Below, piece by piece: positions 24,063-34,173 of a stretch of 50,990 bases of DNA. The stretch is from an uncultured Bacteriovoracaceae bacterium (GTDB lineage Bacteria > Bdellovibrionota > UBA1018). Under the pieces are notes generated by a model. The model did no database searches. It had not been told where the DNA came from and saw only the letters and a program-made list of their open reading frames with translations. The position numbers were made by a program, and so were the translations under genes. The stretch spans positions 1 through 50,990 of the forward strand of contig CAYXVB010000002.1 of NCBI GenBank assembly GCA_964467785.1, written 5' to 3'. Within the stretch, counting starts at the first letter, position 1; each line of letters opens with the position of its first letter.

Positions 24063-26747
24063 GTGACCGAACCCCCCGGCCTAAACCAGAAAAAGACGTC
24101 CCCTGCGCGCATTCCCCTGCCCGTGGATCGGCTCCTGCCGGATCTGGTGCGAGCGCTCGGCCCCTCGGGCCGAAGCGGCGCTGTGGTGCTGCAGGCCTCG
24201 CCCGGAACGGGCAAGACTACCCGCGTGCCGCCCGCGCTGCTCGATGCGCTGCCAGGGGAGATCCTCGTGCTCGAACCGCGTCGGCTCGCCGCCAAGTACG
24301 CGGCGCTCAGAGTCGCCGAGGAGCGGGGCGAAGCCATCGGCCTGAGCGTGGGCTACCAGTTCCGCTTTGAGAACGTCACCTCCCGCGACACGCGCTTGAC
24401 CTTTCTCACCGAGGGCATGCTCATGCGCAAGCTACTCAAAGATCCCCGCCTCGAAGGCGTATCGGCGGTCGTGCTCGACGAGTTCCACGAGCGCCACCTC
24501 CATGGCGACGTCGCGCTCGGTGCTCTCCGGCGCCTGCAGCTCAAAGGCCTCCGCCCCGATCTCAAGCTGGTGGTGATGTCCGCCACCCTCGAAACCGACG
24601 CGCTTTCGCGTTACCTAGGCGACTGCCCCGTCCTCAAGGTGGAATCCCCGCTTCATCCCGTCGCGCTCGAGCACCTCCCCGCGCCGGCCTCGGTTCCGCT
24701 CGAGCGGCTGGTTCGCGACGCCGTGGCCCGCGCGCTGGGATCCTCCGAGGCCGACTCCAAGGGCGACATCTTGGTATTTTTGCCGGGTATGTCCGAGATC
24801 CGCCGTGCCGAGAGCGCGTTGGGCGAGCTGAGCGCCGCGCGCGAAGGCCGGCTCCGGATCCTGCCGCTTCACGGTGAGATCGCGCGAGAGGAGCAGGATC
24901 TGGCGCTCCGCCCGATCCCGGGCAAGCGCAAAGTGATCCTCTCCACCAACGTCGCCGAGACCTCGCTTACCATCGAGGGGGTGACCGTGGTGATCGATTC
25001 CGGCCTGCACCGGCAGGCCGCGCACTCCTGGTGGTCGGGCGTGCCCTCGCTCAAAACCCGCCCCATCACGCGGGCTTCGGCTATACAGCGCGCGGGACGC
25101 GCGGGCCGTACCGCGCCCGGCCGCTGCATCCGCCTCTACACGCTTCACGACTTCAACGGCCGCGCCGCCTTCGAGACTCCCGAGATCCGCCGCGCCGACA
25201 TCGCCTCGACCGTGCTCGAGGTCAAAGTCCTCGGCGGCTCCGGACGCGACTCCTCCAATGCCACAAACGATGGCGTGGACGCCGCCGCCTTTCCTTGGTT
25301 CGAGGCGCCGGGCGCCGCCGCTCTCGAGGCCGCGCAAACCTTGCTGCACCGTTTGGGATTTACCGCTTCAGCGGCGGGCGACGCCGCATTGACCGCGCTT
25401 GGCCGCCGCGGAGCCCGCATTCCTGCTCATCCACGCATGGCTCGCCTGCTCATCGAGGCCCACACGCTGGAAGTTCTCGAGCGCGCGGCGACCTTGGCGG
25501 CGCTCATCTACGAGGGCGAGCTCGAGGGCCTCGACGCGCTCGAACAGGCGCGACGAGCGGACCAGCAATCCTTCGGCTCCTTCAAGCGGGCTCGCTCGCA
25601 ACTGCTCTCGGCGCTGGCAAGGCCCTCCGATTCGTCGCCCCAACCTCGCGCTCGCGCCGGTGACGGGGACGCCGAGAGTCGACTCGCGCGCTCCGTGCTT
25701 GCGGCCTTTCCGGATCGCATCGCGCGCAAGCGTCCTATCCCGGCTCACTCCTCCCGCGGACGCGCCACCGACGTGGAGCTCATCCTTTCGTCCGGCGGCT
25801 CCGCCCGCGCGGAAGACTGCGCCGCCCTGGCGTCGCATGAGCTTTTCGTCGCGCTCGACATCCAGGAGACGCAAGCGCACGGACAAGCGCGTTCCCAGCT
25901 TCGTCTCAAGTCCGTGGTGCCGCTCGAGCCCGAGTGGCTCTTCGACCTCGAGCCTACGCCCCTGCGCGAGACCGACGAGCTCATCTGGGACTCACAGAAA
26001 AAACGCGTCCTGCGCTCGTCGCGGCTACTTTGCGATGAGCTCGTACTCAGCGAGGATCTCACTCCCGTGCCGCCCGGGCTGGAACCGGCGCAAGCGCGCG
26101 CCGCCGCCCGAGTGCTGATCCGCCAGGCTCTCGGCCTCAAGCCAGAGGATCTCGCCGCGGTCTCGCCCAACGACTGGTCCGAGGCCCTCAGTCATGCCGT
26201 GGACTCCAAAGCGCTCGAGCGCTTCCAGGAAACCGCGGCCCGCATCGCGCTGCTCGCGCGCCACGCCCCGGAGCTGCTTCCGGGTTCGGGCGCCGGCGGA
26301 ACGGAATTCGGCCCCGTGCTCTCGCGAGCGCTCGAGGAGCTTTTCTCCGGCAAGCGCTCGGCCGAGGAGCTGGCGTCGATCGACTGGGCGGTCGAGCTGC
26401 CCGCCGCCGCGGGCCTTACCGACTTTTCCACTCTGGATCGTCTGCTACCGGCGCAGTTCGTCTTCCCCAACGGCCGCCGCGCGCCGATCCATTACGCCTT
26501 GGACCAGGCGCCCTGGATCGAATCCCGGATGCAGGATTTTTTTGGCCTCAAGGCGGGCCCCGCGGTGCTACAGGGTCGCCTTCCGTTGACGCTGCACTTG
26601 CTTGCGCCCAATCATCGCGCGGTCCAGGTCACGACGGATCTCCCCGGCTTCTGGCAACGGACTTATCCGGAACTGCGGACCCAGCTCTCCCGCCGATATC
26701 CGCGCCATCAATGGCCGGAAAGCCCGCTCACCTTGATCAAGGACTGA
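24063..26747 (+). CDS. hrpB: ATP-dependent RNA helicase HrpB (DEAH-box)
   Basis: GTG start. Contains ASPGTGKTTRVP, VVLDEFHERHL, SATL, TNVAETSLTIEGV and QRAGRAGR, plus a long HrpB-type C-terminal domain ending in RYPRHQWPE. Confidence 0.9.
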   Translation: MTEPPGLNQKKTSPARIPLPVDRLLPDLVRALGPSGRSGAVVLQASPGTGKTTRVPPALLDALPGEILVLEPRRLAAKYAALRVAEERGEAIGLSVGYQFRFENVTSRDTRLTFLTEGMLMRKLLKDPRLEGVSAVVLDEFHERHLHGDVALGALRRLQLKGLRPDLKLVVMSATLETDALSRYLGDCPVLKVESPLHPVALEHLPAPASVPLERLVRDAVARALGSSEADSKGDILVFLPGMSEIRRAESALGELSAAREGRLRILPLHGEIAREEQDLALRPIPGKRKVILSTNVAETSLTIEGVTVVIDSGLHRQAAHSWWSGVPSLKTRPITRASAIQRAGRAGRTAPGRCIRLYTLHDFNGRAAFETPEIRRADIASTVLEVKVLGGSGRDSSNATNDGVDAAAFPWFEAPGAAALEAAQTLLHRLGFTASAAGDAALTALGRRGARIPAHPRMARLLIEAHTLEVLERAATLAALIYEGELEGLDALEQARRADQQSFGSFKRARSQLLSALARPSDSSPQPRARAGDGDAESRLARSVLAAFPDRIARKRPIPAHSSRGRATDVELILSSGGSARAEDCAALASHELFVALDIQETQAHGQARSQLRLKSVVPLEPEWLFDLEPTPLRETDELIWDSQKKRVLRSSRLLCDELVLSEDLTPVPPGLEPAQARAAARVLIRQALGLKPEDLAAVSPNDWSEALSHAVDSKALERFQETAARIALLARHAPELLPGSGAGGTEFGPVLSRALEELFSGKRSAEELASIDWAVELPAAAGLTDFSTLDRLLPAQFVFPNGRRAPIHYALDQAPWIESRMQDFFGLKAGPAVLQGRLPLTLHLLAPNHRAVQVTTDLPGFWQRTYPELRTQLSRRYPRHQWPESPLTLIKD

Positions 26748-26783
26748 GAGAAAGAAGCCGCGCTGGACGCTACCCGTTCAGCC

Positions 26784-27044
26784 CTATCGCTTTTCCACTT
26801 TGCTCAAAAAGTCCGCAACCCCGGAATAGCCCAGCGAGAGCGCTACTGAATGAAGGGTCATCAAGCGGGGGTTGCTGCGTCCAGCGATGATCTCGCGAAG
26901 CGTAGAGCGAGCGATGCCGCAGTCCAATGAAAGCCCTTCGACCGAACGTTCCTGCTTGTACAGGTCATTCTGGATCCGGAGGCCGATCGACTTGAGAAGC
27001 CGCCTACCTTCGGAAGTAATTTCGAAATTGCACACAGTGTTCAA
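26784..27044 (-). CDS. XRE-family helix-turn-helix transcriptional regulator (HTH only, 86 aa)
   Basis: LSLDCGIARSTLREIIAGRSNPRLMTLHSVALSLG matches the Cro/C1-type HTH pattern. GC is lower than in the surroundings. Confidence 0.7.
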   Translation of the reverse strand: MNTVCNFEITSEGRRLLKSIGLRIQNDLYKQERSVEGLSLDCGIARSTLREIIAGRSNPRLMTLHSVALSLGYSGVADFLSKVEKR

Positions 27045-27218
27045 CCTAGCGGCGAAATGGCCACGCGAAAAGGCGGAAAACCGGAAAACTTGTCACGACG
27101 GCACGAACAAGAAGCAGTTAAGGCAAACATACCCGACTCCACGTATATCTATATACCGATTGTTATTTATATTGGGCCTACCAGGCCATTCTAGCGCTTC
27201 TCTGTTATCCTAAGCGCC

Positions 27219-27890
27219 ATGTGTGCCCAATTCATGCTGAGAGCGAGCGCCAAACGACTGGAAGCGAAGTACGGAATCAACGTGCCGCCGGAGTTCGACG
27301 ATACCGGCTGGAGCGCGAGGATCCTGCCCTACGGACGCGCACCAGTGGTCCTGCGGGAAAACGGGAAGCGCGTCTTGCAGATGATGCAGTTTTCGCTCCT
27401 TCCGGCGTGGTCCAAGGAAAAACGCGTGAAATTCGCGACCCACAACGCCCGCTTGGACGGCCTTGCCGACAAGCCGACCTGGAAGCGCCCGTTGCAGGAG
27501 CGACGCTGCCTGGTACCCCTCACGGACTTCATCGAACCCATCTACGACGGGGAACTTGCCGGCAACATGGTGGACTTCCACCGCCCCGACCAGGAGATCC
27601 TCACCGCGGCCGGCCTCTGGGACGAATGGATCGACGGCAAGTCGGGCGAGATCATCCGCTCCTTCACGATCATCACGCATGAGCCGGTGCCCTTCGTTGC
27701 GCGCATCGGCCACGACCGCTCGCCGCTATTCATCGAGGACGCCGACGCCAGCCAGCTCGATTACTGGCTGAGCGAGGAAAAACGTCCCGCCGCCGAACTC
27801 AAGGACTTCCTGCTCCAGCGCCGCATCGAACCCGCATTGCAGGTGGAGAAAGATCGCCCGCTCAAGGCTGGCTGGGAAAAGCGGCGCTAA
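27219..27890 (+). CDS. SOS response-associated peptidase (SRAP/YedK-type abasic-site processing protein)
   Basis: Starts MC.., with the catalytic Cys2. Contains SLLPAWSK, HNARLDGLADKPTWKRPL..RRCLVPL, TIIT.EP and IGHDRSPLFI (His near the C-terminus). Confidence 0.8.
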   Translation: MCAQFMLRASAKRLEAKYGINVPPEFDDTGWSARILPYGRAPVVLRENGKRVLQMMQFSLLPAWSKEKRVKFATHNARLDGLADKPTWKRPLQERRCLVPLTDFIEPIYDGELAGNMVDFHRPDQEILTAAGLWDEWIDGKSGEIIRSFTIITHEPVPFVARIGHDRSPLFIEDADASQLDYWLSEEKRPAAELKDFLLQRRIEPALQVEKDRPLKAGWEKRR

Positions 27891-29176
27891 AGCTCGATCA
27901 CTTCGGCCGCGCGTCCGGGCCGGGTGATGGTCGTGCGCGAATGCACATGGTGATGCACTCGCGATGCGGTCCAGATGGCCGTGAGCGTCGCCGCCAGCAT
28001 CACCCAGGCGACCCGCGGATAGCCCACGAGGTGTCCGGCGGCGTCCCGCGTGACCAGGACACCCGCGAGCAACGAGGCGAGTCCCGACCCCAGCGCCTGC
28101 ACCGAGGAGTTGATGCTCATGAAACTTCCGCGCTTTTGCGGGGGCACGGTGCCAGTCACGAGCGCCATCGCGGGCACGAACCGTCCATTGCCACAGATGA
28201 AAAACAGCGTGGTGATCAGGAGCGCCAGTGGCAGGGCCGTGCGCCCTAAGTGCGTGATGACGAAGATCGGGACCAGGGCGACAAACGCGAAGACCTTGAA
28301 CACCGCGTAGGGTCCGCGTCGGTCGGCCAGGCGACCGATCAGCGGCGAGGTGAAGATCGTGGCGCCGCCTCCGAGCATGTAGATGCAGGCCAGCTGATCC
28401 TCGGTAAAGCCGACATTGGCCACCATCGAGGGGCTCAGGAACGGGATCATCGGAAAATGCGCCAGAATCACAAAAAACGTCAGGATCAGCGCGAAGCGGG
28501 CGGCCGGCTCCGCGGTCAGCTCCGAGAGGTGCCGCAAGGGATTGCGGCGGACGCCCGGCCGGGCCTCGCTCGAGACGGCGCGCGCGTGCTCGAGATGCCC
28601 GCGCATCGCGGGGATGTACCGGTGGATCGCGATCTGAATTACGCCACAGGTCGCGGCGAGCAGGAAAAACGGGGCATGCCAACTTGACTTGCTCGCGATG
28701 AACAAGCCAAAGGGCACGCCAACGACCGAGGCCACCGAGAACGCCGCAGCGACGATCCCCATGGCGCGCCCCCGGCGCTCGGCCGGGATCGCATCCGCCA
28801 CGATCGAATTGACCAAAGCCCCGATCACTCCGCCAAAAATGCCGGCGATAATCCGCGCGCCCATCAGAGCGTGGAAGGTCGGCGCTAGCGCGCAGGCGAG
28901 CGTGCCGAGCAAAAATCCCACGTAAAGCAGACTCAGAAGCGACTTGCGGTCGAAGCGATCCATGTAAAACGCCGCGCAGAACCCCGAGATCCCCGAGGCG
29001 ATGCTGTAGGAAGACACGACCGCGCCGAACTGCGCCGGCTGGATCTGGAAGAGCCGCATCAACTGCGGCCCCAGCGGCATCATGATCATAAAGTCCATCA
29101 CGTTGGTGAACTGGACGGCCGCCAGGGTGAAAAGAAATCGTCTTTCGTCGGAGGACGAGGCGGACCGGGTTTTCAT
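27887..29176 (-). CDS. MFS transporter
   Basis: About 12 TM segments and an MFS loop motif YMDRFDRKS. The 429-aa gene overlaps the SRAP stop by 4 nt, convergently. Confidence 0.85.
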   Translation of the reverse strand: MKTRSASSSDERRFLFTLAAVQFTNVMDFMIMMPLGPQLMRLFQIQPAQFGAVVSSYSIASGISGFCAAFYMDRFDRKSLLSLLYVGFLLGTLACALAPTFHALMGARIIAGIFGGVIGALVNSIVADAIPAERRGRAMGIVAAAFSVASVVGVPFGLFIASKSSWHAPFFLLAATCGVIQIAIHRYIPAMRGHLEHARAVSSEARPGVRRNPLRHLSELTAEPAARFALILTFFVILAHFPMIPFLSPSMVANVGFTEDQLACIYMLGGGATIFTSPLIGRLADRRGPYAVFKVFAFVALVPIFVITHLGRTALPLALLITTLFFICGNGRFVPAMALVTGTVPPQKRGSFMSINSSVQALGSGLASLLAGVLVTRDAAGHLVGYPRVAWVMLAATLTAIWTASRVHHHVHSRTTITRPGRAAEVIEL

Positions 29177-29357
29177 TGTTGCTCGCAGGTGAGAAGAGAC
29201 ATTCTAAAACAGTTCTGGGGACAGTTTCAAAAACGAACTACCATGTTGCGGCGCATTAACGCAATTTCGAAAGTCAACTCCCGGTCGGGCGGGAAACTGA
29301 GTTGAAAGTTTTGTCCCCCTCGTCAAAAAATCCTGAATTTGGTAGGTTGGCGGTTCT

Positions 29358-32300
29358 ATGTCCGAAAAGCCGTTCCTTCCAGTCAAGCCCGACATCAACC
29401 TCCCCCGCCAGGAAGAAGAAATCCTGAACTTCTGGGATCAGGGACAGATTTTCGAAAAATCAGTCCATGACTCCAACCACCAGAAGCACTTCAGCTTTTA
29501 CGACGGCCCCCCGTTCGCCACGGGGCTTCCGCACTACGGCCACCTGCTCGCGGGCACCTTGAAGGACATCGTCCCCCGTTACTGGACCATGAAGGGGCAC
29601 TCGGTCGCCCGCCGGTTTGGCTGGGACTGCCACGGCCTGCCGGTCGAGTACGAGATCAACAAGGCCCATGGCCTCGACTCGCGAAAAAAGATCCTGGAGC
29701 TCGGCGTGGACAAGTACAACGCCCTCTGCCGCAGCATCGTGCAGCGCTACTCCCAGGACTGGAAGCGCACTGTGGATCGCATCGGCCGCTGGGTCGACAT
29801 GGAAAACGCTTATTTCACCATGGACGTCGACTTTATGCAGAGCGTCTGGTGGGTGTTCCAGCAGATGTTCAACAAGGGCCTCATCTACGAAGGCCACAAG
29901 GTCGTGCCTTACTCGGTCGGCATCTCGACTCCGCTCTCGAACTTCGAGGCCAGCCAGAACTACAAACAGGTGCAGGACCCGGCGATCACGATCACTTTCC
30001 CGGTGCTCGGAAAGCCGGGACTGAACTTCCTCGCCTGGACGACCACTCCCTGGACGCTTCCGTCCAACCTCGCGCTCGCCGTGGGCAAGGAGCTCGACTA
30101 CGTCGAGGTGACCCAGCAGGCCAGCGGCCAGAAATACATCCTCGCCCGGGCGCTCGTCGCCGCGGCCTTCAAAGATCCCGCCAAGGAGCTGAATCCGGAA
30201 TCGGAATGGAAGGCTTACAAAGGCAATGACTTGCTGGGCTGGGAATACGAACCGCTCTTCGACTATTTCAACAACCAGCGCACCAAAGGCGCGTTCAAAG
30301 TCATCTGGGCCGAACACGTCACCACCGAAAGCGGCACCGGCATCGTCCACATGGCCCCCGCCTTCGGCGAGGAGGACTACTTTGCCTGCGCGCGCGAAAA
30401 GCTCCCGCTCGTCAATCCGGTCGATGACGACGGCATGTTCACGGCCGAAGTCCCCGAATATCAGGGCAAGCGCGTGAATGATGCCGACAAGGAGATCATC
30501 GCCGAGCTCAAGAAACGCGGACGTCTCTTCAAGCAGGAGACGATCACCCACGCCTACCCGTTCTGCGAACGCTCGGACACTCCGCTGATCTACCGCGCCG
30601 TCTCATCCTGGTTCGTCGCCGTTGAGAAGATCAAGGATCGCCTCGTCGCCAACAACCAGACCACGCAGTGGGTGCCGGACCATCTCAAGGACGGGCGCTT
30701 CGGCAACTGGCTCGAGAACGCCCGCGACTGGGCGATCTCACGCAACCGCTTCTGGGGCACGCCGCTGCCGATCTGGAAGAACAACGAAGGCGAGATCATC
30801 TGCGTCGGCTCCAAAGAGGAGCTCGAGAAGCTCTCCGGCCAAAAGGTCCCCGACCTCCACGTGGAATTCGTGGACAAGGTCACGATCCCCTCGCCCACGG
30901 GCAAGTCCCCGCTCAAGCGCGTCGACGGCGTGCTCGACTGCTGGTTCGAGTCGGGCTCGATGCCCTACGCGCAATGGGGCTATCCACGCGCCAATCAAGC
31001 CTCTTTCGAGGCTAATTTCCCGGCGGATTTCATCGCGGAAGGCCTCGACCAGACTCGCGGCTGGTTCTACACGCTCATGGTCATCGGCACCGCGCTTTTC
31101 GACAAGGCGCCATTCCGCAACGTCGTCGTCAACGGGCTCATCCTCGCCGAAGACGGCAAGAAGATGTCCAAGCGGCTCAAGAACTATCCGGATCCCAACG
31201 AAGTGCTCGAGCGCCACGGCGCCGACGCGCTCCGCCTGTACATGATCGACTCGCCGGTCGTGAAGGCGCAGGAGCTGCGCTTCTCCGAAGCCGGCGTCAA
31301 GGACGTGGTCCGCAAGATCCTGTTGCGCTGGTGGAACTCGTACTCGTTCTTCGTCGGCTACGCCAACATCGACGAGTTCAAGCCGCGCGGAGATGCCCGC
31401 AAAAGCCCCAATCTCCTCGACCAGTGGCTGCTGTCTCGCTTGCAGAACCTGATCGTCACGACCGAGCGCGAGATGTCGGCCTACCGGCTGTACAACGTGG
31501 TGCCAGCGCTCCTGCAATTCATCGAGGAGCTGACCAACACCTACATCCGCTTCAACCGCTCGCACTTTTGGGCCGAGGGCTCGCTCGATAGCAACGAAGA
31601 GAAGCGCCTCGCCTACGAGACGCTCTACGAGACGCTGGTAACGCTCTCCAAGCTCATGGCTCCCTTCGCGCCGTTCCTGGCCGAGGCGACCTACCGGAAC
31701 CTGGCGCGCGTGCTACCCACCCGCCGCGAGTCCGTGCACCTCGAGAAGTTCCCCGAGGCGGACCGCTCGCTCATCCGCCCCGAGCTCGAGGAAGCCGTCT
31801 CCGTGATGGAAGCGCTCGTGCTCTCCGGCCGCAATTACCGCGAGCAGATCAAGGTCAAGGCCAAGATCCCGCTCAAGAGGATGACGGTCATCCAGCGCGA
31901 CGCCCAGGTGATCGAGAACCTCCGGCGCTTCGAGCCCTACTTCAAGGACGAGCTGAATATCCGCGACATCTCCTACCGCACCGACGAGGAGAAGTTTGTC
32001 CAGATCACGGCCAAGGCCAACTTCCAGGCCCTGGGCAAACGCCTGGGGGCCCGGATGAAGGAGTTCGCCGGCGCTATCGGCAAATGGACGATCCAGGACA
32101 TCCTCGCGCTCGAGGCGCAGGGCTCACTGGAAATCAACGGCGAGAAGATCACGCTCTCTGAAGTGGAAATTCGCCGCGCGCCGATGGGCAACAATGCCAA
32201 CATCGTCACGCACCCGCGAGTCACGCTCGAGTTCGATCCGACGGTTGAGCAGGAGCAGATCCTCGAGGGTCTGGCGCGCGAAGTGGTCCGCAAGGTCCAG

Positions 32301-32528
32301 GCGGCGCGCAAGTCGGCCGACTTCAACCTCGACGACCGCATCGCGCTCGAGATCTCGTGCACGGGTTCGCTGCTCGAGGCCGTCAAGGCCCACCAGCCGA
32401 TGATCCAGAGTGAAACCCTGGCCGCGCAGTTCACGCTGACCCCGGAGCCTTCGGGAACACTCGTCGAGTCGATCGATCTCGACGGCGACACGCTCAAACT
32501 GGGCGTGACCGCGCTGTCGCGCGGGTAG
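29358..32528 (+). CDS. ileS: isoleucine--tRNA ligase, type 2 (eukaryote-like)
   Basis: PPFATGLPHYGHLLAG (HIGH), GWDCHGLPVE, a CP1 editing region, KMSKRLKNYPDP (KMSKS), 1056 aa. Confidence 0.95.
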   Translation: MSEKPFLPVKPDINLPRQEEEILNFWDQGQIFEKSVHDSNHQKHFSFYDGPPFATGLPHYGHLLAGTLKDIVPRYWTMKGHSVARRFGWDCHGLPVEYEINKAHGLDSRKKILELGVDKYNALCRSIVQRYSQDWKRTVDRIGRWVDMENAYFTMDVDFMQSVWWVFQQMFNKGLIYEGHKVVPYSVGISTPLSNFEASQNYKQVQDPAITITFPVLGKPGLNFLAWTTTPWTLPSNLALAVGKELDYVEVTQQASGQKYILARALVAAAFKDPAKELNPESEWKAYKGNDLLGWEYEPLFDYFNNQRTKGAFKVIWAEHVTTESGTGIVHMAPAFGEEDYFACAREKLPLVNPVDDDGMFTAEVPEYQGKRVNDADKEIIAELKKRGRLFKQETITHAYPFCERSDTPLIYRAVSSWFVAVEKIKDRLVANNQTTQWVPDHLKDGRFGNWLENARDWAISRNRFWGTPLPIWKNNEGEIICVGSKEELEKLSGQKVPDLHVEFVDKVTIPSPTGKSPLKRVDGVLDCWFESGSMPYAQWGYPRANQASFEANFPADFIAEGLDQTRGWFYTLMVIGTALFDKAPFRNVVVNGLILAEDGKKMSKRLKNYPDPNEVLERHGADALRLYMIDSPVVKAQELRFSEAGVKDVVRKILLRWWNSYSFFVGYANIDEFKPRGDARKSPNLLDQWLLSRLQNLIVTTEREMSAYRLYNVVPALLQFIEELTNTYIRFNRSHFWAEGSLDSNEEKRLAYETLYETLVTLSKLMAPFAPFLAEATYRNLARVLPTRRESVHLEKFPEADRSLIRPELEEAVSVMEALVLSGRNYREQIKVKAKIPLKRMTVIQRDAQVIENLRRFEPYFKDELNIRDISYRTDEEKFVQITAKANFQALGKRLGARMKEFAGAIGKWTIQDILALEAQGSLEINGEKITLSEVEIRRAPMGNNANIVTHPRVTLEFDPTVEQEQILEGLAREVVRKVQAARKSADFNLDDRIALEISCTGSLLEAVKAHQPMIQSETLAAQFTLTPEPSGTLVESIDLDGDTLKLGVTALSRG

Positions 32529-32554
32529 GGTAAGAGTGAATTTGGGTCAAAGCG

Positions 32555-33043
32555 ATGCTCGATTCAAAACTGTCCGAAGCGATTGAACTCCGTCGATCTG
32601 GCAAAGGGAAGGAAGCTCACGCCGCGTTACAGGAGCTTATTGCAAGTCGGCCCGATGATCCGGACGTGAATTACCAGATGGCCTGGACCTGCGACTCGCT
32701 CGGATACGAATCCGAAGCCGTTCCTTACTACGAAAAGGCATTGTCCAACGGTCTTAGCGAAGATCGCAAGGGCGCCTTTCTGGGGCTGGGCTCGACCTAT
32801 CGATGCCTGGGTTCTTATGAAAAGTCGCTTCGAGTTCTCGACAACGGACTTCGGGAGTTTCCCAACGATCGCGCGCTCCAGACCTTTTACGCGCTCACTA
32901 TGTACAATCTGGGCGAGTATCGGGATTCAATCGCCCGCTTGTTAACTTTGCTTCTCGACACCACTTCAGATCCCTCCATTCAGTCGTACGACCGAGCGCT
33001 CCGTTTCTATTCTGAACGCTTGGATGAGATCTTCAGTGGCTAA
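32555..33043 (+). CDS. tetratricopeptide-repeat protein
   Basis: 162 aa with repeated A..YY.KAL / LG..Y...G.Y..S TPR-like helices. Confidence 0.65.
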   Translation: MLDSKLSEAIELRRSGKGKEAHAALQELIASRPDDPDVNYQMAWTCDSLGYESEAVPYYEKALSNGLSEDRKGAFLGLGSTYRCLGSYEKSLRVLDNGLREFPNDRALQTFYALTMYNLGEYRDSIARLLTLLLDTTSDPSIQSYDRALRFYSERLDEIFSG

Positions 33044-33797
33044 AAAAAACGCGGCCGCGCCTTATACCTTCACCCCCATCGGAGTGGTGCGGACCTGCTT
33101 CAAGGAGAAGTTCGGCATTCCGCGCCAGCCGGGCCTGGTGAGCGACGCGGAAGGCGTGATCCAGCTAATCGATCACCCCTTCTATCGGCAGGCGCTCCGG
33201 GAGCTCGAAGGCTTTTCGCACCTCTGGATCATCTGGATCTTTCATCGTCACGACGCAAAAGACTGGAAACCCTCAATCCGTCCACCGCGCCTGGGCGGCG
33301 CGCGCAAAGTCGGAGTGCTCGCTTCGCGCTCGCCCCATCGGCCTAATCCGATCGGGCTCTCGGCCGTCAGGCTCGAGCGCGTGGACCTCGACGCGCCGGG
33401 CGGCCCGGAGATCCATGTGCGCGGCGTGGACATCCTCGACGGCACTCCCGTGCTCGACATCAAGCCTTATATCGCCTACGCGGATTCAATCCCGGACGCG
33501 CGCGCCGGCTGGGCAGATGAGCCAATTATCCGCACTCCGGTGCGCTTTTCCGTCCAGGGCGAACTCGCCACCGCGGAACGCGCCCAACGCGCTGGTGGAT
33601 ATCCGAATCTAAGAGAACTCGTGGTCCAGATGCTGGAGCTGGATCCCCGCCCGGCGTTTCAAAAGCGGCGCAGTCCGCCCGACAGCCCCGCTGCCCAAGG
33701 TACACGCTACGGATTCCTGCTCCACGGCTTCGACGTCAAATGGGAGATCCGCGACGGGGAGTTTGTCGTGCTCGACCTGGTCGACACCGACACCTAA
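33024..33797 (+). CDS. trmO: tRNA (t6A37-N6)-methyltransferase TrmO (TsaA/YaeB family)
   Basis: Contains IGVVRTCFKEKFGIPRQPG, FSHLWIIWIFH, SRSPHRPNPIGLSAVRL and VDILDGTPVLDIKPYI. The start may be ATG 33024 or GTG 33036. Confidence 0.85.
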   Translation: MRSSVAKKNAAAPYTFTPIGVVRTCFKEKFGIPRQPGLVSDAEGVIQLIDHPFYRQALRELEGFSHLWIIWIFHRHDAKDWKPSIRPPRLGGARKVGVLASRSPHRPNPIGLSAVRLERVDLDAPGGPEIHVRGVDILDGTPVLDIKPYIAYADSIPDARAGWADEPIIRTPVRFSVQGELATAERAQRAGGYPNLRELVVQMLELDPRPAFQKRRSPPDSPAAQGTRYGFLLHGFDVKWEIRDGEFVVLDLVDTDT

Positions 33798-33867
33798 GCG
33801 CCGAGACTTTCCTTTTGCCAGGGCCTACGGGATAATCCCTCCTAACTCATAGGAGCACGGAGGTTCC

Positions 33868-34152
33868 TTGAAGATTACCCTACCCGAAGAAGGCATTTGC
33901 GGAATTATCACGATTCCTGAGGGCGAGTACTGGGTCGCCCCCCAGCTCGAAGCCGGCAAGATCAACCTGATCGCAGGCGGCAGAGACTATCCGTTAAAGG
34001 CCGTGCGTCGCCGCCAGTCTACCCGCGTGAGAACCCAAAATATCGCCTTCACTTGCGGCGGTGGGAGCATCTGGTCCCTGGTCGTGCAATCACCCAAGCA
34101 CGGCGAGTGGGCAGCCTTCATCGAGATCCGAAAGTCCAAGCGGAGAAGATGA
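33868..34152 (+). CDS. hypothetical small protein
   Basis: TTG start preceded by GGAGG. 94 aa with no recognisable domain. Confidence 0.35.
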   Translation: MKITLPEEGICGIITIPEGEYWVAPQLEAGKINLIAGGRDYPLKAVRRRQSTRVRTQNIAFTCGGGSIWSLVVQSPKHGEWAAFIEIRKSKRRR

Positions 34153-34173
34153 CCCCCATCTTGCGGGACGCCC

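Noticed and set aside
27045-27218. LexA/SOS box upstream of the SRAP gene
   Set aside because: No CTGT-N8-ACAG, TTAC-N3-GTAA or GGTT-N10-ACC type motif was seen by eye. Only the GTATAT-CT-ATATAC dyad is present.
29177-29357. Canonical T-box riboswitch upstream of ileS
   Set aside because: I could not find the conserved T-box sequence, a specifier-loop context or a terminator/antiterminator pair. It is kept only as a generic structured-element candidate in the findings.
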